From Methanofastidiosum sp. (GTDB taxonomy: Archaea; Methanobacteriota_B; Thermococci; Methanofastidiosales; Methanofastidiosaceae), in contig JAHKLW010000029.1 of assembly GCA_020854815.1 (NCBI GenBank), forward strand, positions 21,821 through 85,820: a stretch of 64,000 nucleotides of DNA, written 5' to 3'. The position numbers and the translations under genes were made by a program. Numbering within the stretch: the first letter of the stretch is position 1; the number at the start of each line of letters is the position of its first letter. Positions 36,901-44,775 of the stretch are shown here, piece by piece. The notes below the pieces were generated by a model. The model saw only the letters and a list, made by a program, of their open reading frames with translations. It made no database searches and was not told the DNA's origin.

Positions 36901-37085
36901 ATACAAAACAGAGAACTAGAGAGATAAGAAGATTGTGGTCTACTTACAAGAAAAATAATAATTTTGATCTATTGATAAAAGGGTTAGGAGAATTTCTTAA
37001 AGACAAATCAATTTTTGAACGAGTTAGTATATCCCCTTACAATGAAGATAAATTAAAATTGATTGTTGTGGACTTAGTTTCTTAA
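33912..37085 (+). CDS. PLD-family nuclease domain fused to SNF2-family (SF2) helicase (1057 aa)
   Basis: N-terminal HxK PLD motif 'HGKAYIF...GSSNFT'. Helicase motifs: I 'DSVGLGKT', II 'VIDESHNF', III 'LMLTATPINN', V 'MSTDVLSEGQNLQ', VI 'QRAGRIDRIGS'. Translationally coupled to the methyltransferase. Confidence 0.8.
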   Translation: MSNMPIPNEIIDNSEDNKLFSFLNWALKDYPKTNLDIATAFFDIKAYALVKNNLNGVTQFRLLLGKPPEIKSERTLGDVLSEEIRQNLEDLELSKRCNDTVKQLIDFLKKENVEVKLFEDFLHGKAYIFDNLIVIGSSNFTGAGLTRYGELNTWKQESQAIYTKKEWFEKFWAESIDFKNDLIELLDSSRYGSKEYTPYQVYIKALYELQKNDIREEQEEIDPYLPASKVNLTEFQEDAIYRIESRIEKYGFIIIADSVGLGKTWIAKKIIEKRGYYRRENILVICPAQLKSMWSKELKSIDVKDNILSQEELASEEYLKKIKNVIKDNLSTIRLVVIDESHNFRNPLSNKWEHLFNLLSEHITKKGKKPEILMLTATPINNSIWDLYWQIMLLTLQNQRTFSKDNIDNLFKFFKEVEKEGEPTLLSDLLNEISVRRTRDYIVKNYPEAFVTINNEEKRIIFPKRELENINYSLEETYAGLYREISEIITDKLSMAYYRLLDYKKDEELTKEEEFLRGRMIAIEGIFSTILLKRLESSIEAFRISIGKHVNFLNTFKEYLFEGKLVTKEFFSKYLMNLDEELEDEEIIQSLEDFNLEKYNTDKLIEDIDSDIKLLNIILDKVKTIKPKNDAKLNSLKEILFDLSKKGQVVIFTYYADTLNYIYKEINSDPQFSKIKIQAISSSGLTSKNPNERVRILEDFASHKVDILMSTDVLSEGQNLQSAQFLINYDLHWNPTRMIQRAGRIDRIGSPFSKIHVYNFFPEKELEALLRLLEYLQKKILDIDHSVGLDQTVLGEQIHPKVFGIMRRIKNKDNTVIDEIESDAFGGGEQFYQPLKDYLKSKAKEEIESIPNGVYSGLKTKKLAGIFFYYKYDNDFHFWYLYDFKNNRLIKNKTEILNYIKCPPDEKRVVPDFFEKVYEVNQVIVEDIRKVYENLSSSQEQDSQLKELASSKSTKFIRDIRNEIDRYIDEFMDTYQEGNELVEKLEQINAKLVKIPYTKQRTREIRRLWSTYKKNNNFDLLIKGLGEFLKDKSIFERVSISPYNEDKLKLIVVDLVS

Positions 37086-37142
37086 GTCGTATAAAATATT
37101 TAATAATTCATAATGCCTATATCTCAATCAATTATACTCAAA

Positions 37143-37697
37143 TTAGTATCGTTTATTTTTCTTAATTAATCTAAGTTGATTCCTCGTTTTAATTTCTCCT
37201 TTAATTAGCTTGGATTCACATTCTTTTCTGAAAGAATTATCGTTAATATCTAATAATTCTTTATATTTGTCCCAACTGATTTTTTCGTTTATAGATTCTA
37301 ACTTAGGATAAGTTGTTCTAAATTCAATTAAATAATTAATTTGTCTTGTAGATATTTCTAAATCTCTGGATAAAGCCTCTGTAATGTTGGCAAAGATAAA
37401 ATCTTTATTTTCTAAATCTTTTGCAAATCTGTAAATATTGTCCGCTAAATGCCATTTCAAAATTGAATTACCTCTAGATTTATTATTTTGTTGGGTTTTA
37501 TTGATAATATCTAATGATTTTATTATAAATTCTTGATACTTTGATTGAATTATAAAAGATTCTTTCTCTAAACTATTATTAGCAATTGCATGACTTAAGG
37601 ATATTTTAATTTTATAACTATTTTTTTCATCATTCGATTTATGAATCTCTATAGGAATTTTCATGCGGTTTGCCCCCTTAGTCTTATTTGATGCCAT
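37143..37697 (-). CDS. hypothetical protein (184 aa), downstream partner of the GHKL ATPase
   Basis: ORF overlaps the GHKL gene end; the likely start is 'MKIPIEIHK' at 37664. Has a possible HTH-like stretch 'EISTRQINYLIEF'. Confidence 0.35.
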   Translation of the reverse strand: MASNKTKGANRMKIPIEIHKSNDEKNSYKIKISLSHAIANNSLEKESFIIQSKYQEFIIKSLDIINKTQQNNKSRGNSILKWHLADNIYRFAKDLENKDFIFANITEALSRDLEISTRQINYLIEFRTTYPKLESINEKISWDKYKELLDINDNSFRKECESKLIKGEIKTRNQLRLIKKNKRY

Positions 37698-39220
37698 TTA
37701 GTCAATAAATCAGAGGTAAGTCTCTTCGAATTTTGTTCATCTACTTCATTGGCCACTATACCAAAAACAGTAGTTACTAAATGATACACCCTAACATGCT
37801 CTGCCCTAGATTCTTTAGATAGCCCGTCAGCAATTTTCCATGTAGGATGTGCGACATTAATTGTTATACTTTTACTAAGTGGATCTACCCATCCTTCGGA
37901 TAAGTTATCTGGTCTATCGTCATAGCTAATGCTAATTCCACCTTTGACTGTTCTTCTAATTCGTTCTATAGGAGTGTCGCCATCATCTTTATTTTCAACA
38001 ATCCCTTCTTTTTCTTCATCATCACCGATTGTGATGATTCCACCACCATGATGACTTCCTCCAATCGTTCCCCTTGTTGTTTGTCCACCAGTAGCAATAT
38101 TTCCTAATGATCCACCTTCATTTGATTTAATAGAAGTTTGTTTAGATATCAGATTTTGGAATAATTTGTCCGTGATATCATTAAACTCAGGCATTTTTAA
38201 AACATCGTTTATTGTTGATTCAACATCTTTATACAGTTTATCAATATCATCAACAGTAGTTTTTGGTTTTTGTATTGCTCCTACCTCTTGAAGCCATTTA
38301 CCAAAAATACCCCCTACTTTATTATGATAATGTTTCCAGAGCATAGAAGTTTTATCGAAATCTGATTTAGAAGTTCTTAGCACTCCAATCAAATAATCAG
38401 ATTTACATATGCCAGTTATACACTCTCCACATGAAGGATAAAGATTAAACCAAAAATTAGTCAATACTGTTTTCCCATGAACAACGACACTAATCCCTTG
38501 ATATTTTTCAGGTAACTTATCTTTAGTTTTATATACATATAGTATAGGATAATTATTTCCGATTTTAGTAGTAATTTTTTTAGTGGATTCTATATCCTCT
38601 TTTTTAGGCGCCCAACCTTCAATTAGTTTATCATTAACATATACTTTTTTAACATTATAATGTCCTAAAAGGATAGTATTGTAATTATCCAATAACGCAT
38701 TCTCAACAAATTCTTGATTAAAGTTTTTTTTGTCTTCTGGATGTTTTATTTTAACTTCTACATAAGTTCCATTTGATTTTAATTTATTAGAAGTTTCAAT
38801 AATCTTCCATTCAGGTATTTTTTCAATGAATTGCCAAAATGAAGCTCCTTTGAATTTTTCAGATTTCGTTTCAGTTATAATATATTCCGCTCTGTCTAAA
38901 TAAGTTTTTGCACCGACTCCTGCAAATCCAATTCCCTCACCTTTAGTTTTTGTTAATGATGCGATGTTGTGATATTGAGAAAACTGAAATTCATTCATTC
39001 CACAACCATTATCTATTACAATGAATTTATCTTTTTCAATGCATATTCTAATTTCTGTAGCCTTCGCGTCTATTGAATTGGCAAATGTTTCAACAATTAA
39101 GGCAGTGAGTGGATCGTAGGGAAATTGATCTCTAAAATCTATTATTAATTTTTTCCAATCACTTATCATGGACTGACGTATTTCTCCAACTTTCCAATTT
39201 TGACTCATTATAATCCCCAA
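37661..39220 (-). CDS. GHKL-superfamily ATPase (HATPase_c_3, MORC/MutL/Hsp90-like Bergerat fold)
   Basis: N-box 'ETFANSIDAKATEI', G1 box 'VIDNGCGMNE' and G2 box 'GEGIGFAGVGAKTY'. The C-terminal part is Gly-rich. Confidence 0.65.
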   Translation of the reverse strand: MGIIMSQNWKVGEIRQSMISDWKKLIIDFRDQFPYDPLTALIVETFANSIDAKATEIRICIEKDKFIVIDNGCGMNEFQFSQYHNIASLTKTKGEGIGFAGVGAKTYLDRAEYIITETKSEKFKGASFWQFIEKIPEWKIIETSNKLKSNGTYVEVKIKHPEDKKNFNQEFVENALLDNYNTILLGHYNVKKVYVNDKLIEGWAPKKEDIESTKKITTKIGNNYPILYVYKTKDKLPEKYQGISVVVHGKTVLTNFWFNLYPSCGECITGICKSDYLIGVLRTSKSDFDKTSMLWKHYHNKVGGIFGKWLQEVGAIQKPKTTVDDIDKLYKDVESTINDVLKMPEFNDITDKLFQNLISKQTSIKSNEGGSLGNIATGGQTTRGTIGGSHHGGGIITIGDDEEKEGIVENKDDGDTPIERIRRTVKGGISISYDDRPDNLSEGWVDPLSKSITINVAHPTWKIADGLSKESRAEHVRVYHLVTTVFGIVANEVDEQNSKRLTSDLLTKWHQIRLRGQTA

Positions 39221-39341
39221 AATTATTTTAAATTACAATCGATTTATTATCATTTTTCATATATAAGGATATGGAAAAAAATATGGGAAATAGAGAAAAA
39301 AATTTCTTTTCCATTGGAAAATTCACAAGCAATCATATTTA

Positions 39342-39695
39342 TTACTCCTTGGAAACTTCTTCCCATGATTTCATAGAAAGAGCCTCTTCCTCTTCCATTC
39401 TTCGCTCGTGCTGCTTTCTTGATTCCTCTATTTTTCGTCTCCTCTGTTCTTCATTCGCCAGGTATTGTTTGTAGCCATCAGGATCTAGCTCTGTGTAAAT
39501 CTCCTTGAAATCTAGAGGGTATTGATCCTTTTTTGATTCATAACTCATGCCTGCAATATAGTTAAGCTTTTCGCCTGATATCGCCCGCTCAAGAAACATC
39601 AGATCCTGAATATACTTGGCATTCTCATCATTATACTCCAATCCTTTCAGTTTGTTTCTAACATATCCAGTTTTAATATTCTTAAAATCTGTCAT
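39342..39695 (-). CDS. hypothetical charged protein (117 aa)
   Basis: Lies between the P-loop ATPase and GHKL genes in the same orientation. The C-terminus is very E/R/K-rich. Confidence 0.3.
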   Translation of the reverse strand: MTDFKNIKTGYVRNKLKGLEYNDENAKYIQDLMFLERAISGEKLNYIAGMSYESKKDQYPLDFKEIYTELDPDGYKQYLANEEQRRRKIEESRKQHERRMEEEEALSMKSWEEVSKE

Positions 39696-40634
39696 TCACT
39701 CATCCTCATGCATCCTACTCACAATCTGATTTCTGACTTCATCCAAATTATTTCGATTTTTCTTTATATTAAATTGAATCATCTTAATCTCATCCTCAAT
39801 ACTCATAATCTGCTCCTTGATTGACTTTATTTCTTCTTCTTTTAGACCACCTGCTTCAGATTCCTTTAATCTTTGTTCTTTTAATTCAAATTTGGCCCTT
39901 AGCATTTCTAACTGTTTCTCCCTCTTCATCATTTCATGGATTAGCTGCCTCTCCATTATATGTAGGTCCTCACTGGGGTCATTTTGGATTTCAATCATTT
40001 TGAAATTTTTTATCCACGGTTCGTAGGAGTACCCATCAGAGGAAAGCGATGTTATTATTATTTGCTCTTTTCTATCCAAAAGGTATTTCAAGAAAACAAC
40101 ACTTGCATCGTGATCAAGTCTTTCAAGTCCCTCATCAATCAAGATACACCCCCCATTCAAATTGATTCTTTCCCCGTAGACTTCACAGGTAAGTTTGTCT
40201 ATCTGGTTAAAGGTGATTTTTATCTCCTCAGGCCCACCAAGGTAGTCCTCATAGGAGAAATCCTTTAGGCTATGGCTATTATCAAAGAACAGGAGGATGG
40301 ATCTTACAATTGTAGTTTTCCCAGATGCAGTGCCCCCTACCATCATGTTATTCTGCTCAAAATCGATATCTATTTTTTTTAGAAATCTGTGATTGTCTAT
40401 TTTTATTTTACTTATCTTGAAAGGTATCCTGTATGCAAGCCCCTTCTTTCTAAGATTCTCAAGGTATTTTGACGGATCAAACCTCTTGTTGTATCCGTTT
40501 ATATTCAATTTTGTCTTGATGGCCTCCTCTGCAAGCTCTGATATATTGAAATTCATCTCTTTTGCCAGCTCCACTAGATTCTCATCAAGGTAGAGCAGGG
40601 TATTTTTCTTAGTTGATTTAGATTTCTTATCCAT
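39696..40634 (-). CDS. P-loop NTPase with N-terminal RHH/HTH-like segment and C-terminal coiled coil
   Basis: Walker A 'GGTASGKTT' and Walker B 'CILIDEGLERLD', with a C-terminal heptad-rich coiled coil of about 110 aa. Confidence 0.5.
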   Translation of the reverse strand: MDKKSKSTKKNTLLYLDENLVELAKEMNFNISELAEEAIKTKLNINGYNKRFDPSKYLENLRKKGLAYRIPFKISKIKIDNHRFLKKIDIDFEQNNMMVGGTASGKTTIVRSILLFFDNSHSLKDFSYEDYLGGPEEIKITFNQIDKLTCEVYGERINLNGGCILIDEGLERLDHDASVVFLKYLLDRKEQIIITSLSSDGYSYEPWIKNFKMIEIQNDPSEDLHIMERQLIHEMMKREKQLEMLRAKFELKEQRLKESEAGGLKEEEIKSIKEQIMSIEDEIKMIQFNIKKNRNNLDEVRNQIVSRMHEDE

Positions 40635-40758
40635 ACTTTACATATGGACATATGGATATTTAAGGTTATCTGTTTATAAAAATTAAATTCAGGCATAGAG
40701 CTAAAAATTAGTAACATAGCATCAATCCAATATATCAGAAATTGGCTTATGCCCTTAA

Positions 40759-41151
40759 CTACTTTTGATTTATCTCCTGAAGAACTGAAATCTCAAACTT
40801 GAGGCGATTTATCTCTGCATTCAAGGAGTCAATCCTTATATTCTGATCCAATATCGTTCCGTTTTTTGAAATGACTAAATCGTTTAGTCTTAGATTATCC
40901 TCTGAAAGCCTTCTATACGAATCCTTTAGAGCCTCAGCCTCTGAATCTGTCAGGCTGCATCCACCTATCTTGACAGTAGGCTTTTGGGCAGGCTGTTCTG
41001 AACTGCTCTGGGTAGTTGTGGTAGGTGTATAGCTATTTTGAGAGGGGTTTGCTATCGCGCTACCGACAAAAAGCCCTATTATAAATCCAATTAACATTAG
41101 AATCACAGCTATTTTAGTTATGTCATTAGTTGCCTCCATAATCACGCCCAT
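40759..41151 (-). CDS. membrane-anchored coiled-coil protein
   Basis: N-terminal TM helix 'IAVILMLIGFIIGLFVGSAIA', a Thr/Ser/Gln-rich linker and a coiled coil. Confidence 0.4.
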   Translation of the reverse strand: MGVIMEATNDITKIAVILMLIGFIIGLFVGSAIANPSQNSYTPTTTTQSSSEQPAQKPTVKIGGCSLTDSEAEALKDSYRRLSEDNLRLNDLVISKNGTILDQNIRIDSLNAEINRLKFEISVLQEINQK

Positions 41152-41243
41152 TGAAAAGACCTCCCTACAATATCTTCACTATTGTTTTGTATTTGTCCTT
41201 TATAAAAATATGGAAAAATATCAAAAGAAAAAAGTAAGGCCAG

Positions 41244-41429
41244 TTATTTCCTGTATTCAACTGCCCCGCCGATTGCCGCACCCATTGCAATACCAATACC
41301 TATGCCAATAGATAATCCAATTGCAATGTCTTTAATTAAAATCCCGACTATAACTCCAAGGACAGCACCCGCTCCAAATCCAATAGAAACGCCCAGCGCC
41401 ATCCTGTTCTTCTTTTCTTCCATAGGCAA
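41244..41429 (-). CDS. small glycine-zipper membrane protein
   Basis: 61 aa with two hydrophobic GxxxG-rich segments. Confidence 0.35.
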   Translation of the reverse strand: MPMEEKKNRMALGVSIGFGAGAVLGVIVGILIKDIAIGLSIGIGIGIAMGAAIGGAVEYRK

Positions 41430-41484
41430 TATTAAAAATAATTATTATTTAAATCTTTCATTTTTCTTTTGGCCCTAAAAATAA

Positions 41485-42294
41485 CTACTTTACCCCGGTA
41501 AAGATGAAATACCCAAATGAATCTCCTTCCAGCGCCTTCTGGAACTTCTTAACAAACTTTAGCATCGGGCCCAACTTCCGCCTAAGCTCTCTGTTTACCG
41601 CCATATGGTAAAGCACTCTAATCGAGATCATTATCTTCTCAGCAAAGGAATATTCCCTTACAAAAATATCTTCATAGTAGTCATTTATCTTGATATCATT
41701 AAATCCAGCTTCTTTGAATATATTCTCCCATTCATTAAGAGTTCTGATATCAGTTTCTGGCCCAATAATATTGGACATGATCATGATATTCTTCATCTCT
41801 TGATAAAATTCAGAGTCTAAAGATTCATTAGTGAAAAGATCAAGTGTGGCAACTTTTCCGCCTTTTTTTAGAACTCTTTTATAATCCTTCAAAACCATTA
41901 CAGGGTCGCTGACTAATGCTGTTATTGCCTCCCCATAGACTATATCAAAGGAATTATCGACAAATGGAAGGCTCTCAGCACTTGCCCTCTCAAAACTAAC
42001 ATTTTTTAGATTTAATTTTTCTGACTCTTCCCTAGCGAGCTCTATAAGTATCTCAGATAGATCCACACCGACAATTTCACAATCGAACTTTTGGGCCACA
42101 TGCCTTGTGATATAACCTGTTGAGCATCCAACTTCCAATATCCTTGGCCTTTCCATATCTTTGATATTAAGTAGCTCCAGTAATCTATCAGTTCCCTTCC
42201 AGCCACCAAATGTTGGCGAGGTCATAGCCCCGATGTAACCCTGAAACTCGTAGAGCCCAATCTTTCCAATTTCCTCGTTAGTTAACTTTCTCAT
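41485..42294 (-). CDS. class I SAM-dependent methyltransferase
   Basis: Motif I 'ILEVGCSTGYITRHVA' and motif II 'EIVGVDLSE', with a Methyltransf_11-like layout. Confidence 0.7.
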   Translation of the reverse strand: MRKLTNEEIGKIGLYEFQGYIGAMTSPTFGGWKGTDRLLELLNIKDMERPRILEVGCSTGYITRHVAQKFDCEIVGVDLSEILIELAREESEKLNLKNVSFERASAESLPFVDNSFDIVYGEAITALVSDPVMVLKDYKRVLKKGGKVATLDLFTNESLDSEFYQEMKNIMIMSNIIGPETDIRTLNEWENIFKEAGFNDIKINDYYEDIFVREYSFAEKIMISIRVLYHMAVNRELRRKLGPMLKFVKKFQKALEGDSFGYFIFTGVK

Positions 42295-42342
42295 TCCAAC
42301 ATAATAATGGAATTTATCATATAAATAGGTAATCTAAATTTT

Positions 42343-42448
42343 GCACTAAAAATAAATCCTATTAAAAAAATACCCGATTTTGTTTAATAAGAAGTGATCA
42401 TATTAAAGGATCCTTTTGCATTCCCAACTTCTGTTAAAAGAAAAGGCC
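42343..42448 (+). repeat. intergenic repeat element, copy A (upstream of hicB)
   Basis: Its core, 'taaaaataaatcctattaaaaaaatacc[cgat|gtg]ttttgtttaataagaag', is shared with copies C and D (copy C matches 44598..44712). In this copy the first motif reads 'gcactaaaaata' rather than 'ggccctaaaaata'. Contains the palindromes 'tgatca' and 'ggatcc'. Confidence 0.75.
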
Positions 42449-42512
42449 AGATCTAAAGATGAACTCTTAATATACGTCAATTTTATATATTCTTTATTAG
42501 TAATTAGAATGT

Positions 42513-42713
42513 ATGAAGCTAACAGTTATTTTGGAACCTCAGGAAGAAGGAGGATTCACTGTTTATGTTCCGTCTCTTCCCGGGTGCATCTCTCAAGGAG
42601 AAACAAAAACTGAAGCGTTAGATAATATCAAAGAGGCCATAGAACTATACTTGGAGCCGGATGTAAATGAGCTTGTGGAATATTCCGGAGAAAGGCTCGA
42701 AGTGGCTATATGA
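42513..42713 (+). CDS. hicB: HicB-family antitoxin (UPF0150-like)
   Basis: 'MKLTVILEPQEEGGFTVYVPSLPGCISQGETKTEALDNIKEAIELYLE' HicB N-domain fold pattern. Overlaps hicA by 4 nt. Confidence 0.65.
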   Translation: MKLTVILEPQEEGGFTVYVPSLPGCISQGETKTEALDNIKEAIELYLEPDVNELVEYSGERLEVAI

Positions 42714-42934
42714 ACTCTGCTGTCCTTTCAGGCTTAGAAGTTATCAAAATTCTAAAAAAGGCAGGATTTATTGCAGTAAGGCAAAAAGGCTCCCATGTTA
42801 GACTTGAGAAACTAGGCGAAAATGGGCTTATCAAAGTCACGGTCCCACTTCACAAGGAACTTAAAAAAGGGACATTGTTAAAAATCATCAAAGATTCTGG
42901 ATTAACACAGGAAGAGTTTGAACAGTATAGATAG
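42710..42934 (+). CDS. hicA: HicA-family toxin
   Basis: 'LKKAGFIAVRQKGSHVRLEK' (the 'GSH' motif in a YcfA-like fold). 74 aa. Confidence 0.7.
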   Translation: MNSAVLSGLEVIKILKKAGFIAVRQKGSHVRLEKLGENGLIKVTVPLHKELKKGTLLKIIKDSGLTQEEFEQYR

Positions 42935-42939
42935 TTTTT

Positions 42940-43024
42940 CTTATTAAAGGATCCTTTAAGATTCCCAACTTCTATTAAAAGACAGGGTCATTTTCTTTAA
43001 TATGATCTGGCCTTAAAAATAGAG
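42940..43024 (+). repeat. intergenic repeat element, partial copy B (3' half) upstream of secreted-protein gene
   Basis: 'cttattaaaggatcctttaagattcccaacttctattaaaagacagggtc' followed by 'attttctttaata' and 'ggccttaaaaata'. Confidence 0.65.
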
Positions 43025-43050
43025 CAAAGATTTAAATGAGATAAGAATTA

Positions 43051-43656
43051 TTGATAAATAGTATAATGGTGAAAACTATGAGAAAAATAATATCTTTATT
43101 GGTTAGCTTGTTATTTGTTGGAAGCACCTTTGGGGTGGCATCAATAACTGCCAGCGCCGTTGATCCAGACATTGAATGCTCTTCATGTGATGGTTCAGCT
43201 CCATGCCTATGTGAAGGGTCCTCTTATGGGATTAGTATGGGGACAGTTAAGGTTGGGGAAACATTTACCATTACTCATAACAAACGAGAGTCATATTGGC
43301 AATGGATAAAAGTCGATGATTCTACACGTACGGATATTTGGTATAATGAAATCGTTCCGAATGGACTTCCAGTTCGTTTGGGCCTTGTAGAACTAATAGA
43401 CTTTAGAGCATATTATACTGATGGGTCATCATATAATTACAAAGAAGCGCCCAAAAAAGGAATCGGCGTTCTTGATCACACAGTATACACATTTAGGACA
43501 GTTCGCCCCGGTACAGTGTATTTCACATTCAAATGCAATCCCCGAGAAGAGCCATGTAGTTGCTGTGATAGGGTAGTCCCAGTCGAAATAACTCCAAAAT
43601 CACATCCAATCGACTGGATACTGAGGAAGTTCGGGCTTGGCAAATTCAAAGAATAA
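43051..43656 (+). CDS. secreted Cys-containing protein with C-terminal 'PKSHPIDWILRKFGLGKFKE' motif
   Basis: Signal peptide from 'MRKIISLLVSLLFVGSTFGVASITASA' (start likely 43078). The C-terminus matches the shared motif of the 15-27 kb island. Confidence 0.55.
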   Translation: MINSIMVKTMRKIISLLVSLLFVGSTFGVASITASAVDPDIECSSCDGSAPCLCEGSSYGISMGTVKVGETFTITHNKRESYWQWIKVDDSTRTDIWYNEIVPNGLPVRLGLVELIDFRAYYTDGSSYNYKEAPKKGIGVLDHTVYTFRTVRPGTVYFTFKCNPREEPCSCCDRVVPVEITPKSHPIDWILRKFGLGKFKE

Positions 43657-43738
43657 ATTTATTTTTTATATTACAATCTTTTCTAATCAATTATTTTTTT
43701 TTACCGGTAAATTTAGAAGATAAATCTTCATTAGGAAA

Positions 43739-43936
43739 GTGATTATAATGGATTGCGTATTGTGTAAGAAACCAATTGAGAAGTATAATGCAAAATTAAA
43801 TCAGTTAAAGATTGATGAATCTAATAGGGTAGAGATATGTTCAGATTGCATTGATAAATTTCTCAACTGGCAAAAGACCATATTTGCAACTCTTTTCCCC
43901 ACAAAGGCAGCCAAGAAGTGGGCCAGTAAGAAATGA
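43739..43936 (+). CDS. small zinc-ribbon protein
   Basis: CxxC ('CVLCKK') and CxxC ('CSDCID') about 30 aa apart, with a basic C-terminus. Confidence 0.35.
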   Translation: MIIMDCVLCKKPIEKYNAKLNQLKIDESNRVEICSDCIDKFLNWQKTIFATLFPTKAAKKWASKK

Positions 43937-43960
43937 ACTTATGAAAAATTCTATAGTGCC

Positions 43961-44521
43961 CTATTTTGACTTTGAATCTCTCTTCTTCCCTTCACGATTG
44001 CACCCATAATGGTCATATCCGTCCCTATCATAGCCATCCTTGTCAAAGCCGCTGTACGCATATTTTGTCCCGTTTCTGTGAAGGCCGTTCCTATCAAATC
44101 CATTTTTGTCATAACCCTCTTTGTCAAAGCCTTCTTTGTCCCGGCCGAATCTGTCATATCCGCTTCTGTTATACCCTGCCCCATCAAATCCCTTGTCATC
44201 ATATCCGTCTTTGTCAATATTCTGAAAGTTAAATTTCCTGCCTGTGTATCTATGGATCCCCTGTTTGTTGAAGTCACTTTTATCAAAGCCCGCTTTGGAA
44301 TATCCAGATCTGTTGTAGCCCTCTCTGTCATAGCCAAGCTTATCATAGCCTTCCAAGTCATAGCCATGCTTGTCAAAGCCGTCTTTAGAATAGCCGCCGC
44401 TATCAAAAACTTCTGTATCAGAAATAGTCTCTAGATAAACATTGCATATAGGGCATTTTTCTATTTCCTTGACAAATTTAATCCCGCAGCTTGGGCATTT
44501 TTTGCCTAAAATATCGGACAT
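43961..44521 (-). CDS. N-terminal zinc-ribbon protein with about 20 tandem 'G(Y/F)D(K/R)xG' pentapeptide-like repeats
   Basis: 'CPSCGIKFVKEIEKCPICN' is followed by 'GYSKDGFDKHGYDLEGYDKLGYDREGYNRSGYSKAGFDK...GYDRDGYDHYG'. The three overlapping ORFs in other frames are repeat artefacts. Confidence 0.5.
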   Translation of the reverse strand: MSDILGKKCPSCGIKFVKEIEKCPICNVYLETISDTEVFDSGGYSKDGFDKHGYDLEGYDKLGYDREGYNRSGYSKAGFDKSDFNKQGIHRYTGRKFNFQNIDKDGYDDKGFDGAGYNRSGYDRFGRDKEGFDKEGYDKNGFDRNGLHRNGTKYAYSGFDKDGYDRDGYDHYGCNREGKKRDSKSK

Positions 44522-44592
44522 GTTAGATCATTCTCTTAATAATTGCAATGGCAATTTGATATAAATTTCTTGTTATAGAGCACGAAAAAGTT

Positions 44593-44712
44593 GGCCCTAA
44601 AAATAAATCCTATTAAAAAAATACCGTGTTTTGTTTAATAAGAAGGATTCTTATTAAAGGATCCGTTAATATCTCCAACTTCTATTAAAAGAAAAGGCCT
44701 TTTTCTTTAATA
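44593..44712 (+). repeat. intergenic repeat element, copy C (upstream of fic)
   Basis: 'ggccctaaaaataaatcctattaaaaaaataccgtgttttgtttaataagaaggattcttattaaaggatccgttaatatctccaacttctattaaaagaaaaggcc'. Confidence 0.8.
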
Positions 44713-44775
44713 GAAACTACTCCTATTAAAGAAATAATAGAAAATTTTAAATAGAATGGCCGCCTATATTAATAT

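Noticed and set aside
33912-37085. Considered calling the methyltransferase + helicase pair a BREX (PglX + BrxH) or canonical DISARM system
   Set aside because: The neighbourhood has no pglZ, brxC, brxL or drmA/drmB (DUF1998). The PLD and SNF2 fusion is not the described DISARM gene layout, so it is reported as a DISARM-like or novel variant instead.
43951-44434. Three extra overlapping ORFs (43951..44406, 43966..44232, 44009..44434) across the GYD-repeat gene
   Set aside because: They are alternative frames or strands of the same tandem-repeat DNA. Only the minus-strand frame starting with the zinc ribbon gives a coherent protein.
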